From Pseudomonadota bacterium (lineage in GTDB: Bacteria; Myxococcota_A; UBA796; GCA-2862545): a stretch of DNA of 64,000 nt. The stretch spans positions 8,553-72,552 of the forward strand of contig JAGSGY010000015.1 of the NCBI GenBank assembly GCA_023954855.1, read 5' to 3'. Of this stretch, positions 39,830 to 48,944 are shown piece after piece. The first letter of the stretch is position 1. Each line of letters opens with the position of its first letter. Below the pieces are notes generated by a model. That model made no database searches, was not told the origin of the DNA, and saw only the letters and a list, made by a program, of their open reading frames with translations. Both the position numbers and the translations under genes were made by a program.

Positions 39830-39957
39830 GTGGGCCTCCACTCTCGATCTACGTGCGGGTTCGAGGCGGCCTAGGGGGTGCACCAAGTTGCTTCGGGTGC
39901 CGGGCGGACGGGTGTCCTGCGGTCGAGTGCGATAGAGGGCGGCGTTCGGAGGAACTC

Positions 39958-40518
39958 GTGGCCGACAAGCGTACCCAGCGCGCACAGAAGAAGCGTGAGA
40001 AAGCCCGCAAGAAGCGTGCGGGAAAGCAGCACGTCGGCCGAGCGGCTGCCTCTGGCGGGCTCAAGTCCGCGGCGGGTTGGCCCACTGGAGATTGCTGGGC
40101 CACCGACACCTACGATCAGCGCGGGACCGACGTGCTCGTCTGCTTCACCCGGCAGAACGAGTCGGGACGGGTCGCCGCCGCCTTCTTCGAGATCGATCTC
40201 ACCGAGGAGGGCGTGCGCAAGGTGCAGACCTTCGGCAACGTGACCGACCAGCAGGTCATGGGCGAGATTGGGCAGCGCAGCGACGAAGACACCACTGTCG
40301 TTCAAGTCGATCCGTCGCTGGCCGTGAAGATCGTTCTGGCCGCCCGCGACCTCATGGACGATGCCCCCAAGGGCTACGGCGATGCAGTCGGGCTGTTCGG
40401 CGAGATCGACCCTGAGGACGCGCTCGAAGACATCCCGACAGGGTACGAGCCCACCGAGGAAGTCGTCGTCCCCACCGGGTTGTTCAGCGGCGTGAAGCGC
40501 TTCTTCGGCCTGATCTGA
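39958..40518 (+). CDS. Hypothetical protein (basic N-terminus, acidic C-terminal domain)
   Basis: GTG at 39958 preceded by [29 protein letters not shown]... then globular acidic region. 186 aa. Confidence 0.5.
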   Translation: MADKRTQRAQKKREKARKKRAGKQHVGRAAASGGLKSAAGWPTGDCWATDTYDQRGTDVLVCFTRQNESGRVAAAFFEIDLTEEGVRKVQTFGNVTDQQVMGEIGQRSDEDTTVVQVDPSLAVKIVLAARDLMDDAPKGYGDAVGLFGEIDPEDALEDIPTGYEPTEEVVVPTGLFSGVKRFFGLI

Positions 40519-41364
40519 TCAGGTCTCGCTCGGCTCGGGACTGTGCCGGTGCTCGTAGCTGGCCCGGGCACTGTGGTCGGCGGCCTTGAAGATCCTGTCG
40601 ACGCCCAAGAGGCGCCCGATCTTCTCATACACCCGCCGTGGTAGCAGAGCGGGCAAGATGACGGCGAGCCTGGCGCTCTTCGGCACAAACACGTCCACCT
40701 TGCCCCGCTCGATGGCTTCGAGAACGCCATCCGCGACGTCCTGCACTTCACAAGGGGGCGGCCAGCGCAGGTGCTGCACACCGGTGATGAGCTCGGTCTT
40801 CACGGGTGCCGGGCAGACATAGGCCAGGTGCACGCCGGTGCCTTCCAACTCGATGCGCACCGACTCGGTCAGGCCGACGACCGCGTGCTTTGAGGCCGAG
40901 TAGACCGCGCCGTAGGGCGTTCCGAGCTTGCCCGCGGTCGACGCGATGTTCACCACGGTGCCGCGTCCTCGGGCTCTCATTCGGGGAAGAACCGCCCGCA
41001 TGCCATTCATCACGCCCTGCAGGTTCACCGCGAGCTGTGCGTCGGTGTGGGCCGCGTCGGTGTCGAGGAACGGGCCGATGCGCATGATGCCGGCGTTGTT
41101 GACGAGGATGTCGATGGGACCGAGCTCGTCTTCGATCGACGCCACAAGTTGCTCGAAGGCATCGGCGTCGCTGACGTCGAGGGTGTAGGCGTGCGCGGTG
41201 CCGCAGGCGGAGAGCTCGGTGGCCGTGCGGCTCGGGTCATCGCGGTCCACCAGAGCGACGACGCAGCCTCGTGACAGCAGGGTTCGGGCGGTGGCGCGGC
41301 CGATTCCCCGGGCGGCGCCCGTGATGAGCGCGATTTGACCGGTCACTACGGATGTTGGAGCCAT
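40519..41364 (-). CDS. Short-chain dehydrogenase/reductase (SDR) family oxidoreductase
   Basis: IALITGAARGIGRATARTLL (TGxxxGxG), NNAG, catalytic YSASKHAV (YxxxK). Start at MAPTSVVTGQ. Confidence 0.9.
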   Translation of the reverse strand: MAPTSVVTGQIALITGAARGIGRATARTLLSRGCVVALVDRDDPSRTATELSACGTAHAYTLDVSDADAFEQLVASIEDELGPIDILVNNAGIMRIGPFLDTDAAHTDAQLAVNLQGVMNGMRAVLPRMRARGRGTVVNIASTAGKLGTPYGAVYSASKHAVVGLTESVRIELEGTGVHLAYVCPAPVKTELITGVQHLRWPPPCEVQDVADGVLEAIERGKVDVFVPKSARLAVILPALLPRRVYEKIGRLLGVDRIFKAADHSARASYEHRHSPEPSET

Positions 41365-41463
41365 CTCGCCTCCCTGTAGAGACGATAGCGCGTGGCGAAG
41401 TGATGCAGGCCCTTGCCGATCGAGGGGGCGGCGAAATACCGGGCGGAGCCGTCGGAGACCGCC

Positions 41464-42168
41464 ATGAGTGAGACCCCAGACATTGAACGCCCCCATCGCT
41501 CACGCGGCGGCTGCTTCTTCCTCGTCCTCCCGGTCGTCTTGATCCCGACGGTGATCGGCGGCTACACGCTGATGTTCGGCCTCGGCGTCGCGGGGCGTGC
41601 ACCCACCGGCGATCGGGTCCAGATGGACTTCGAGGGCTGCATCGAGGCGCGCGAGGTCGTGGTCTCGCGCGTCGAGCATATGGGACTCGGCGACCCTACG
41701 GCGGCGACGACGGACGGTGGCTTCTCGGTCACCGCACAGATGCCCGACGATGCCCGCGTCGCCGGCATGATCCCCGAGAGCCTCACCGAAGTTGGGGACA
41801 TGGAGCTGTACTACGGAGCGGGCCGCACCGATCCACTCGCCAGCCAGGCCGACGTGGTCGATGCCTTTCCGCGGATGACCACCGATGCCAGCGCGACCTC
41901 GGTCATCAAGCTTGTTCCGGAGGTCGGCATCGCCATTCAGAAGCGCCAGATGGAAGAGCCGTCGGGCTTCATCGAGCTGTACATCGACGACAAGCTCGTC
42001 ATGACCGTGCAGAACGCGGCGCCGATCGTCGACAACGAGCTCGACATCGAGCCCGAGCCCGAGCTTGCACGCGAGGCCATCGAAAGGGCGGCGTCTCGCG
42101 CCATCGCGGTCGCTGATCCGCTTCCGTGCGCCATCTCGCTCCGGTCCACGTCGGTGATCGCGCCCTAG
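41464..42168 (+). CDS. Membrane-anchored hypothetical protein
   Basis: MSETPDIERPHRSRGGCFFLVLPVVLIPTVIGGYTLMFGL N-terminal TM, then ~190-aa soluble domain. Confidence 0.5.
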   Translation: MSETPDIERPHRSRGGCFFLVLPVVLIPTVIGGYTLMFGLGVAGRAPTGDRVQMDFEGCIEAREVVVSRVEHMGLGDPTAATTDGGFSVTAQMPDDARVAGMIPESLTEVGDMELYYGAGRTDPLASQADVVDAFPRMTTDASATSVIKLVPEVGIAIQKRQMEEPSGFIELYIDDKLVMTVQNAAPIVDNELDIEPEPELAREAIERAASRAIAVADPLPCAISLRSTSVIAP

Positions 42169-42225
42169 CCGCGAAATTCGCTGCGTGTGGCCGGCCCGTG
42201 GTCTAGCCTGGGCCGGGGAGGATCG

Positions 42226-45168
42226 ATGCGGAGAGTCGTGGGTGTACTGGTCGTGCTGGCTCTCGCGCCTCAGGCGTGGGCTCCGGTGACGATCTCAGTG
42301 TGCTCGGGTCCTTCGGACTACGACTCGGGAACAATGACCCAGTGCGACTTTGGCTCCGTGTCGGATGCCTTGGCCTCTCGGCCGGCCACAGACGCTGTGA
42401 TCGAGGTCTACACCCCCAACGACCTGACCATCTTCGAGTCATTCACGGTCGCGCAGGGCATCACCATCCGCGGTGTCTACAACCCCACCGTCGACGATGT
42501 CCCGACGTTTTACGCGACCTCGGGTGCGGCGGTGTCGGTGGACTGCCTGTCGTGCACGGTGAGCTTGTCGAACTTCGACGTGCTGATCGACACCGGCGGT
42601 GATGGCGTCGAGTTTGCGAACCGCACCGGGCTCGTCGGCCGCCTCACTGACGTCTGGTTCCTCGGAGATGAGGGCTTCGCCGCCGGGCATGCGATTCGTG
42701 CGTGGGGGCCGTCATCGGTGATCGTCAATGGCGGTGGCGCATGGGCCGACTCGATCAACCTCGGGGTGGAAGACGGCGCCTCCTTGGTCTGGGGCACCGG
42801 TTGGCTCGAGGCTCGCGACGGTCCTCTGGGCCACGTGTACGGGTCGCTCACCTTCACCGAGAGCGAGCTGTACTCGCCCGGCGATGCGCCCGGCTTGGTC
42901 GTGCATCCCACCGGTGTGCTCACCTTGCAGACGGACTCGTGGCTCGACGGTACCGCCTACGATCTCACCGCCTGGCGGACCGACCAATCGCTGATTCAGG
43001 TGAACGGCGGCACCCTGGCGGTATCGAACTCGACCCTCACGGACGGTGCGGCTGCGACTCGCGAAGGTAGCCTGATCTACGCGGGCATCGGCAGCCAGGT
43101 TTCGCTGACCGACTCGCTGCTGCAGGATGGCTGGTCGGCCTACGATGGCGGCCTGGTCCACATGGACCAAGGTGAGTCATTCACCGCGACGGGCACGCTG
43201 TTCACTGGGGGCTTCGCCGACGCAAACGGCGGTGCGGTCAAGCTCATCAGCGTGCCGTCCGTCAGCATCACGGACTCCGTGTTCTCGGGCAATGAGGCGA
43301 CCAACGGACACGGCGGCGCTCTCGGGCTCTACGACACGCCCGCGACGCTCGATGGCGTCACCATCTCGGACAACACTGCGGGCACCGAGGGCGGCGGGCT
43401 CTACCTCGCGGCGGGGTCCGACGCGACCATCAAGGGTGTGAGTCGTTTCCTTACGAACGAGGCCGTCGATGGAGGCGGCATTTATGGTTTGGACTCGAGC
43501 ATCGCGCTGAACGGCGCGTTCATGAGCGGGAACACGGCCACGGGTTGGGGCGGGGCGGTGTCGATGGACGTCACCTCGCTGTCGGCGTCGCTCGGCATCA
43601 CCGGGGCCACGCTCACCGAGAACACGGCGACCATTGGTGGGGGTGCGGTCTCTACGGACGGACGCACGGTGGTCCAGATCACAAACTCTCGGCTCACCGA
43701 GAACCAGGCCGGCGCTGGCGGAGCGCTGTCGTCGGCAACCACGCCCACCGGCTACGTACGGAACACCCTGTTCTGCCGCAATTCGGCGTCGAACGGCGGG
43801 GCGATCTACAGCTTCCTCGATAACAACGGCACCCTGGCGCCCGAGTCCTGGAACAACGTCGTCTTCTTCGCCAATACCGCCACCGGTGCGGGTGGCGCGC
43901 TGCACGCGGACGGAGGCAACCTCAGCCTCGCATTCGGGTCTTTCGACTACAACGGCGGAGGCGCCGGCAGCGGCGGCGCGGTCTTCGCAGACTACGAGTC
44001 TGCCGTCAGCCTGACCTACGGCATCATCGCCGACACCGTGTCCGGCGATGGCCTCATCGTCGGCACCAACCAGGGACCGAGCCTGACCTTCGATGGCATC
44101 GGCTACAACAACACAACGACCGTTCGCGGGCCTGGTGTTCTTGGCACGGTTGTGGCGGCCCTTGCTGACCCGTTTCCGCAGATGTCGGAGACTTCGACGT
44201 GCGTAGGCCTTGACTGGACGCCCAGTGCGGGCGCCTCCGGCAGCGGTGCGACGGCGGGCACCACGCCCTTCGTTCCGCCCAATGAGCAAGACGCCGACGC
44301 CGACAGCGACGGCTACACGATCGATCAGGGCGACTGCGACGACACCGATCCGGCGGTCAATCCCGGTGCGAGCGAGCTGTGCGCGAGCGATGTCGACGAC
44401 GACTGCGACGGCCAGTTGAACGAGGCGAGCGCTGCCGACGCGATCACCATCTACGTCGACTACGACGGCGACGGCTTTGGCGCAGGGCTTCCGGCAACCG
44501 CCTGCTTTGCGGGCGATGGCTACGCCGACAACGACGAGGACTGCGACGACGACAACGCCGCGGTGAACCCGGACGGCAACGAAACTTGCGATGACCTGAA
44601 TGTCGACGAAGACTGTGATGGCGGCGCCGACGACCTCGACCCCCACGGTGCTCTCGGGCGGTCGACCTACCACCTCGATGCGGACGGGGACGGCTACGGC
44701 GCAGTCAATGAAGTCAGGCTCTGCGACCCCACCGACGCCCACATCGACGACAACACGGACTGCGACGACTCGCTTGCCTACGTGAATCCAGATGGCCAAG
44801 AGGTCTGTGACGAGTTTGGCCAGATCGACGAGGACTGCGACGGCTTGATCGACGATGAGGACGACTCGGTGACCGGCCAAATCGAGTGGTTTGCCGACGT
44901 CGACGGCGACGGCTTTGGCGACCCAGATGCCCCCCCGATCTTGGCCTGTCACGCCACGGACTACGCGCTGAACGTCGAGGACTGCGACGACAGTGACGCC
45001 GGCGTGCATCCCTTTGCCACCGACGTTCCCGGCGATGACATCGACCAGAACTGCGATGGCGAGGTGGCCTACAGCTACGTGTCTGGCGGCTGTGGATGTG
45101 AGACCGGAGGAGCGCCCGCACTCTGGCTGGCTTTCCCGCTTCTCGGCCTGTTGCGCCGCCGCCGCTGA
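42226..45168 (+). CDS. Large secreted beta-helix / Pmp-repeat adhesin-like protein with ~7 MopE-like metal-binding repeats and MYXO-CTERM
   Basis: MRRVVGVLVVLALAPQAWAP signal. Parallel beta-helix and polymorphic-membrane-protein-like GGA[IV]/FxxN repeats (GGAVKL...FSGNEATNGHGGALGLY...GGGLYLAAG...GGGIYGLD...GGAVSMD). C-terminal repeats DxDGDGxG...CDDxDxxVNPxAxExCDxxDxDCDG. Ends GGCGCETGGAPALWLAFPLLGLLRRRR. Confidence 0.85.
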   Translation: MRRVVGVLVVLALAPQAWAPVTISVCSGPSDYDSGTMTQCDFGSVSDALASRPATDAVIEVYTPNDLTIFESFTVAQGITIRGVYNPTVDDVPTFYATSGAAVSVDCLSCTVSLSNFDVLIDTGGDGVEFANRTGLVGRLTDVWFLGDEGFAAGHAIRAWGPSSVIVNGGGAWADSINLGVEDGASLVWGTGWLEARDGPLGHVYGSLTFTESELYSPGDAPGLVVHPTGVLTLQTDSWLDGTAYDLTAWRTDQSLIQVNGGTLAVSNSTLTDGAAATREGSLIYAGIGSQVSLTDSLLQDGWSAYDGGLVHMDQGESFTATGTLFTGGFADANGGAVKLISVPSVSITDSVFSGNEATNGHGGALGLYDTPATLDGVTISDNTAGTEGGGLYLAAGSDATIKGVSRFLTNEAVDGGGIYGLDSSIALNGAFMSGNTATGWGGAVSMDVTSLSASLGITGATLTENTATIGGGAVSTDGRTVVQITNSRLTENQAGAGGALSSATTPTGYVRNTLFCRNSASNGGAIYSFLDNNGTLAPESWNNVVFFANTATGAGGALHADGGNLSLAFGSFDYNGGGAGSGGAVFADYESAVSLTYGIIADTVSGDGLIVGTNQGPSLTFDGIGYNNTTTVRGPGVLGTVVAALADPFPQMSETSTCVGLDWTPSAGASGSGATAGTTPFVPPNEQDADADSDGYTIDQGDCDDTDPAVNPGASELCASDVDDDCDGQLNEASAADAITIYVDYDGDGFGAGLPATACFAGDGYADNDEDCDDDNAAVNPDGNETCDDLNVDEDCDGGADDLDPHGALGRSTYHLDADGDGYGAVNEVRLCDPTDAHIDDNTDCDDSLAYVNPDGQEVCDEFGQIDEDCDGLIDDEDDSVTGQIEWFADVDGDGFGDPDAPPILACHATDYALNVEDCDDSDAGVHPFATDVPGDDIDQNCDGEVAYSYVSGGCGCETGGAPALWLAFPLLGLLRRRR

Positions 45169-45187
45169 GGCGCGATAGTCTGCGCCT

Positions 45188-46003
45188 ATGCCGCAGCTAC
45201 TCGAACTCGCACAACAGCTCGAAGCCCGGGGTGCCGATGCCCAGGCGCTGCGTGAGCTGACTGTCGAGATCGCTGTCTTGGAGCGGCCGCCAGGCTTGCT
45301 GGGGCGCCTTCGTGAGCGCGTGAGGGACATGGCCAGCCGCAATCGCGAGCTGCTTCGCCTCGAGGTCGGTGAGAGCCGCGAGATGGTGCGCATCATCCGC
45401 CGTCGCGTCGCCAATGAGCAAGTGTCCGAGGACGAGCTCGTTCAGGTCCGCGAGCAGATGCTCGACCTGCTTCGGGTGGTGCCCGCCGCGATGATTGCGG
45501 CGACCAACTACACGCTGCCGCTGCCTGGAACGAGCTTTCTGACGCCGTGGCTGCTGGCTCGGCTCGGTCTTCTCCCGACTCGCTGGCGCGAGGCCCACAT
45601 CCTCGCGACCCTTCGGAAGGAGGCCGTGCGGCTGCGGGCGGCGGGACACACCGACCTGGCCGATCAGCTCGAGGTGATCGAGCACGAAGTCGAGGAGGAG
45701 GCCGACGCGCGTGCCAAGGCCTCGCACGATGCCGCGCTGCTCACTCACTGGGACGCGAACCAGGACGGGGTCTGGCAAGTCGAGGAGCGGCAGGCCTACG
45801 AAGCCGAGGTGCTGCGACTTGCTGCACTGTCGGCAAAGGTGGGCTCGCGGCGGCGATGGTTCTTGCAGACCGAGGGCCGTATCTTTGGGCCTGTGGCCCT
45901 TCCAGGGCTGTCGGACCTCGACACAGAGCTTCAGCTGCTGGTCTGCCACGACGGAAAGAGCGGCTGGGTCGACCTCAGGGACCTACTCGATCAGCTTGGC
46001 TGA
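45188..46003 (+). CDS. Hypothetical protein with LETM1-RBD-like region and EF-hand-like loop
   Basis: VVPAAMIAATNYTLPLPGTSFLTPWLLARLGLLP resembles LETM1 ribosome-binding-domain core. DANQDGVWQVEE fits the EF-hand Dx[DN]x[DN]Gx[ILVW]xxxE loop. Hairpin GGCGC-N8-GCGCC between upstream stop and its ATG. Confidence 0.55.
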   Translation: MPQLLELAQQLEARGADAQALRELTVEIAVLERPPGLLGRLRERVRDMASRNRELLRLEVGESREMVRIIRRRVANEQVSEDELVQVREQMLDLLRVVPAAMIAATNYTLPLPGTSFLTPWLLARLGLLPTRWREAHILATLRKEAVRLRAAGHTDLADQLEVIEHEVEEEADARAKASHDAALLTHWDANQDGVWQVEERQAYEAEVLRLAALSAKVGSRRRWFLQTEGRIFGPVALPGLSDLDTELQLLVCHDGKSGWVDLRDLLDQLG

Positions 46004-46039
46004 GGCACCGGTGGGTTAGAACGGCGGCTCGGAGACTCC

Positions 46040-47494
46040 ATGCGCTTTCTTCCGCTTCTCGCTCTGTTCGGCTGCAATGCGCCGGACCATGTGTTTCCGG
46101 AGGGATTCCACTGGGGCTCCGCCACGGCCGGCTTTCAGGTGGACATGGGCTGCCCGACGTGGTCCGAGGCCGACTGCACCGACGATGCCAGCGACTGGTA
46201 CCAGTGGGTCACCGACGAGTCGATCCTCGACACGCCTTCGCTGTACGTGACCGGCGAGCCCGTCTCGCACGGCCCGGGCATGTGGGAGATGGTCGAGGAC
46301 GACATCGCGCAGATGGGCGACGACAACCTCAATGCCTACCGCTTCTCCTTCGAGTGGTCGCGCATCTTCCCGGACGGTGCGGCCGAAACGGCGACCACCG
46401 TGGATGAGCTGGTGGAACACGCCGATGCCGATGCCGTCGAGCGCTACCACGAGATCTTCGCCGCCATGGCGAGCGAGGACATTCACCCGGTGGTGACGCT
46501 CAACCACTACACGATGCCGCTGTGGGTGCACAACGGTGTGGCCTGTCACAACGACCTCGAGACCTGCGCGGCGAACGGCTGGATTGACGGCGAGCGCATC
46601 ACTCGCCTGATTGGTCTGTACGCGGGCTTCTGCGCCCGCGAGTTCGGAGGCGAGGTCGATCAGTGGGCCACGCTCAACGAACCCTTTGCCACCACCTTGT
46701 CCGGCTATCTGTTGCCCGGCGAAGACCGCAGCGCTCCCCCCGGCCTGTCCATGAACGCGCCAGCGGTGATCGCGAGCTTGCAGCACCAGATCGAGGGCCA
46801 TGCGGCCATGTACGACGCCGTGCACGCCGAGGATGACGTCGACGTCGACGGCGATGGCGAGAACGCCGCAGTCGGCATCGTGCTGAACATGGTCGACATT
46901 CGCCCCGACGACGCCGATGACCCCGAAGATGTCGAAGGGGTCGAGCACGCCGACCACATCTACCACCGCCTCTTCCTCGACGGAGTGACGGCCGGCTCCT
47001 GGGACGATGACCTGGACGGCACCTTCGACCGCGAGCGACCCGAGCTTGCTGACCGCCTCGATTGGCTCGGCATCAACTACTACAACGAGCTCGTCATCAA
47101 GGGCCTCTCCTTCGCGATCCTCGATGAGATTCCGGCCTTTGACCTGGTGCCCGAGTTTTCGTGGGATCCGCACCCCGAGGGCATCGCCAAGGTGGTCGCG
47201 ATTGGAGCGGAGTACGGCCGGCCGATCTACATCACCGAGAACGGCACCCCCCACACCGACGAGAGCCGCGAGGTGCTCAAGGCGCACCTGACCGAGCTCG
47301 CGGGTGCCATCGACGATGGCGCGGATGTGCGCGGCTACCTGTACTGGTCCTGGGTCGACAACTACGAGTGGAACCACGGCTTCGACCTTCGCTTCGGCCT
47401 GTACGCGCTCGATGCGGACACCAAGGAGCGGACGGCTCGTCCGGTAGTCGAGCTCTACCGTGACATCGCGAAGCGCAACGGCATCGACGACTAG
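46040..47494 (+). CDS. Glycoside hydrolase family 1 (beta-glucosidase-like) lipoprotein
   Basis: MRFLPLLALFGCN lipobox. FPEGFHWGSATAGFQ, NAYRFSFEWSRIFP, TLNEP (acid/base), YITENG (nucleophile). Confidence 0.9.
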   Translation: MRFLPLLALFGCNAPDHVFPEGFHWGSATAGFQVDMGCPTWSEADCTDDASDWYQWVTDESILDTPSLYVTGEPVSHGPGMWEMVEDDIAQMGDDNLNAYRFSFEWSRIFPDGAAETATTVDELVEHADADAVERYHEIFAAMASEDIHPVVTLNHYTMPLWVHNGVACHNDLETCAANGWIDGERITRLIGLYAGFCAREFGGEVDQWATLNEPFATTLSGYLLPGEDRSAPPGLSMNAPAVIASLQHQIEGHAAMYDAVHAEDDVDVDGDGENAAVGIVLNMVDIRPDDADDPEDVEGVEHADHIYHRLFLDGVTAGSWDDDLDGTFDRERPELADRLDWLGINYYNELVIKGLSFAILDEIPAFDLVPEFSWDPHPEGIAKVVAIGAEYGRPIYITENGTPHTDESREVLKAHLTELAGAIDDGADVRGYLYWSWVDNYEWNHGFDLRFGLYALDADTKERTARPVVELYRDIAKRNGIDD

Positions 47495-48723
47495 CGCGCT
47501 TCGGCGTCGAGGCCGCCGTGGTCCAGGCCCGTGTACGCGGTGGGTTCGAGCATGCCGAGCCACGGGTCCGTCTCTGGCGTCTGGAAGATGTCGGCGTAGA
47601 GCCAGTTCGTAAGCTGGTCGAAGTCGGTGAGCGGTGACGATGCGAAGCGCTGATGGACGCGTGCGTGGAGCTCAGCCTCGTTGTGCGCCGTGTCCTGGGC
47701 GATGGTCTCGTCGAGCTGGGTCAGCATTGCGTCGAGGTCCGCGTTGGGGTTCTCGGCAGAGACCATCTGCACTGCGGCTGGGTGCAGGTTGGCCTGGTAC
47801 GGGGCCGCGAGGCGGGTCCATTCAGAGGCGGCGATGGGGTCGGCGCCTTCGGCGACCTGGAGCACCGCGTCCGGAGCGGTGCCCTCAAGGCCGAGCTCGA
47901 CCAGCATCGGGCGCTCCATGACCATCTTCGTCACCGTCATTTCCATGGGGATGATGGCGGGGATGAATGCGGCTGGGGCCGGGCTCCCGGTCATGAGCAG
48001 CTGCACGTCGGCGGTGGCGAGCTCTCCGCGGGTCTGTGTGAGGGTTGCAGTCACCGTGTCCACCGTGTCGGCCAGCTGCTTCTGGTGCCAGGACTGAAGC
48101 ATCGCCCGGCGGCGGCCTGCGCGGGCGTCCTTGGTCGACTGGAACACTGACTCCACCGCCGACAGCTCGGCGACGAACTGCTCTGGGGTGTACAGACCGG
48201 GAATCACGTCGAGGGGACGCCCCTCGGCATCGAGCACGATGTGGGCGCTGTTGCCAGTGATGGTACGCCGCAAGACGCGGCCGTCGCCGAAGTCGATGGT
48301 GGCGACGGGGGCTGGCCGCTCGGTGGACCAGTGCAGGACGGCGTGCTCTCGGAGCCAGCCGGACACCTCAGGATGGCTGTACAAGACCGTGCGAAACAGA
48401 CGGCTGTTGGCGCAGCTGAACTCGCTGGTGAGCTCGCCGAGCAGTCGCAGCGAGACGATGGGCTTGTCCTGCTCCTGGGCGGCCTTCTGGGCCTCGGCAA
48501 GGTCGGTGTACCAGTACAAGCCGCTGATCGAGGCGTCGCGCTGCTGAGCGACGGTGTCGGCCAGGGTCGCGTAGCGGGGGTCGTCGGTGGCGGCATCGAG
48601 GACGGCCTGCAAGCCGGTGGGTCCTTGGTCGCGGAGCGCGGCGATCGCTTCGGCGTCGCCGTCCAGAGCAGCGTCGAGGGGGCCAGCGAAGGCGGTGATG
48701 AGCGACAGGGCGAGCAGAGTCAT
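47491..48723 (-). CDS. Secreted hypothetical protein
   Basis: MTLLALSLITAFAGPLDAA signal peptide. 410 aa. Stop overlaps GH1 stop region (convergent). Confidence 0.6.
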   Translation of the reverse strand: MTLLALSLITAFAGPLDAALDGDAEAIAALRDQGPTGLQAVLDAATDDPRYATLADTVAQQRDASISGLYWYTDLAEAQKAAQEQDKPIVSLRLLGELTSEFSCANSRLFRTVLYSHPEVSGWLREHAVLHWSTERPAPVATIDFGDGRVLRRTITGNSAHIVLDAEGRPLDVIPGLYTPEQFVAELSAVESVFQSTKDARAGRRRAMLQSWHQKQLADTVDTVTATLTQTRGELATADVQLLMTGSPAPAAFIPAIIPMEMTVTKMVMERPMLVELGLEGTAPDAVLQVAEGADPIAASEWTRLAAPYQANLHPAAVQMVSAENPNADLDAMLTQLDETIAQDTAHNEAELHARVHQRFASSPLTDFDQLTNWLYADIFQTPETDPWLGMLEPTAYTGLDHGGLDAEAR

Positions 48724-48944
48724 TGGGGGCTCCCGGGTGATGTCATCAACCTAGGATCCGCAGCTGGACGGGGGGTAAGCCGGTCGAAAGCGCTTCGTAA
48801 CGGCGGCGTAAATGCCCCTGCAGGCACGTGAAAGGGCGTCGAGCAGGGCGAGGCTTGGATGTGAGGAGAGTGTCGAGTGGGAACCCGGTGAGTCGGGTCG
48901 CGTCGGACTGTGCATGCCCCGCTTTTGTGGGCTGGGAGGTTCGT

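Noticed and set aside
39439-39935. Short periodic repeats resembling a CRISPR-like array (also 23900..24202)
   Set aside because: Repeats are 6-12 nt with no unique spacers. They sit in-frame inside coding genes where they encode (TDAD)n and (EP)n. This is not a CRISPR.
43177-45414. 745-aa minus-strand ORF
   Set aside because: Antisense to the beta-helix adhesin gene. Low-complexity Arg/Val/Ala translation.
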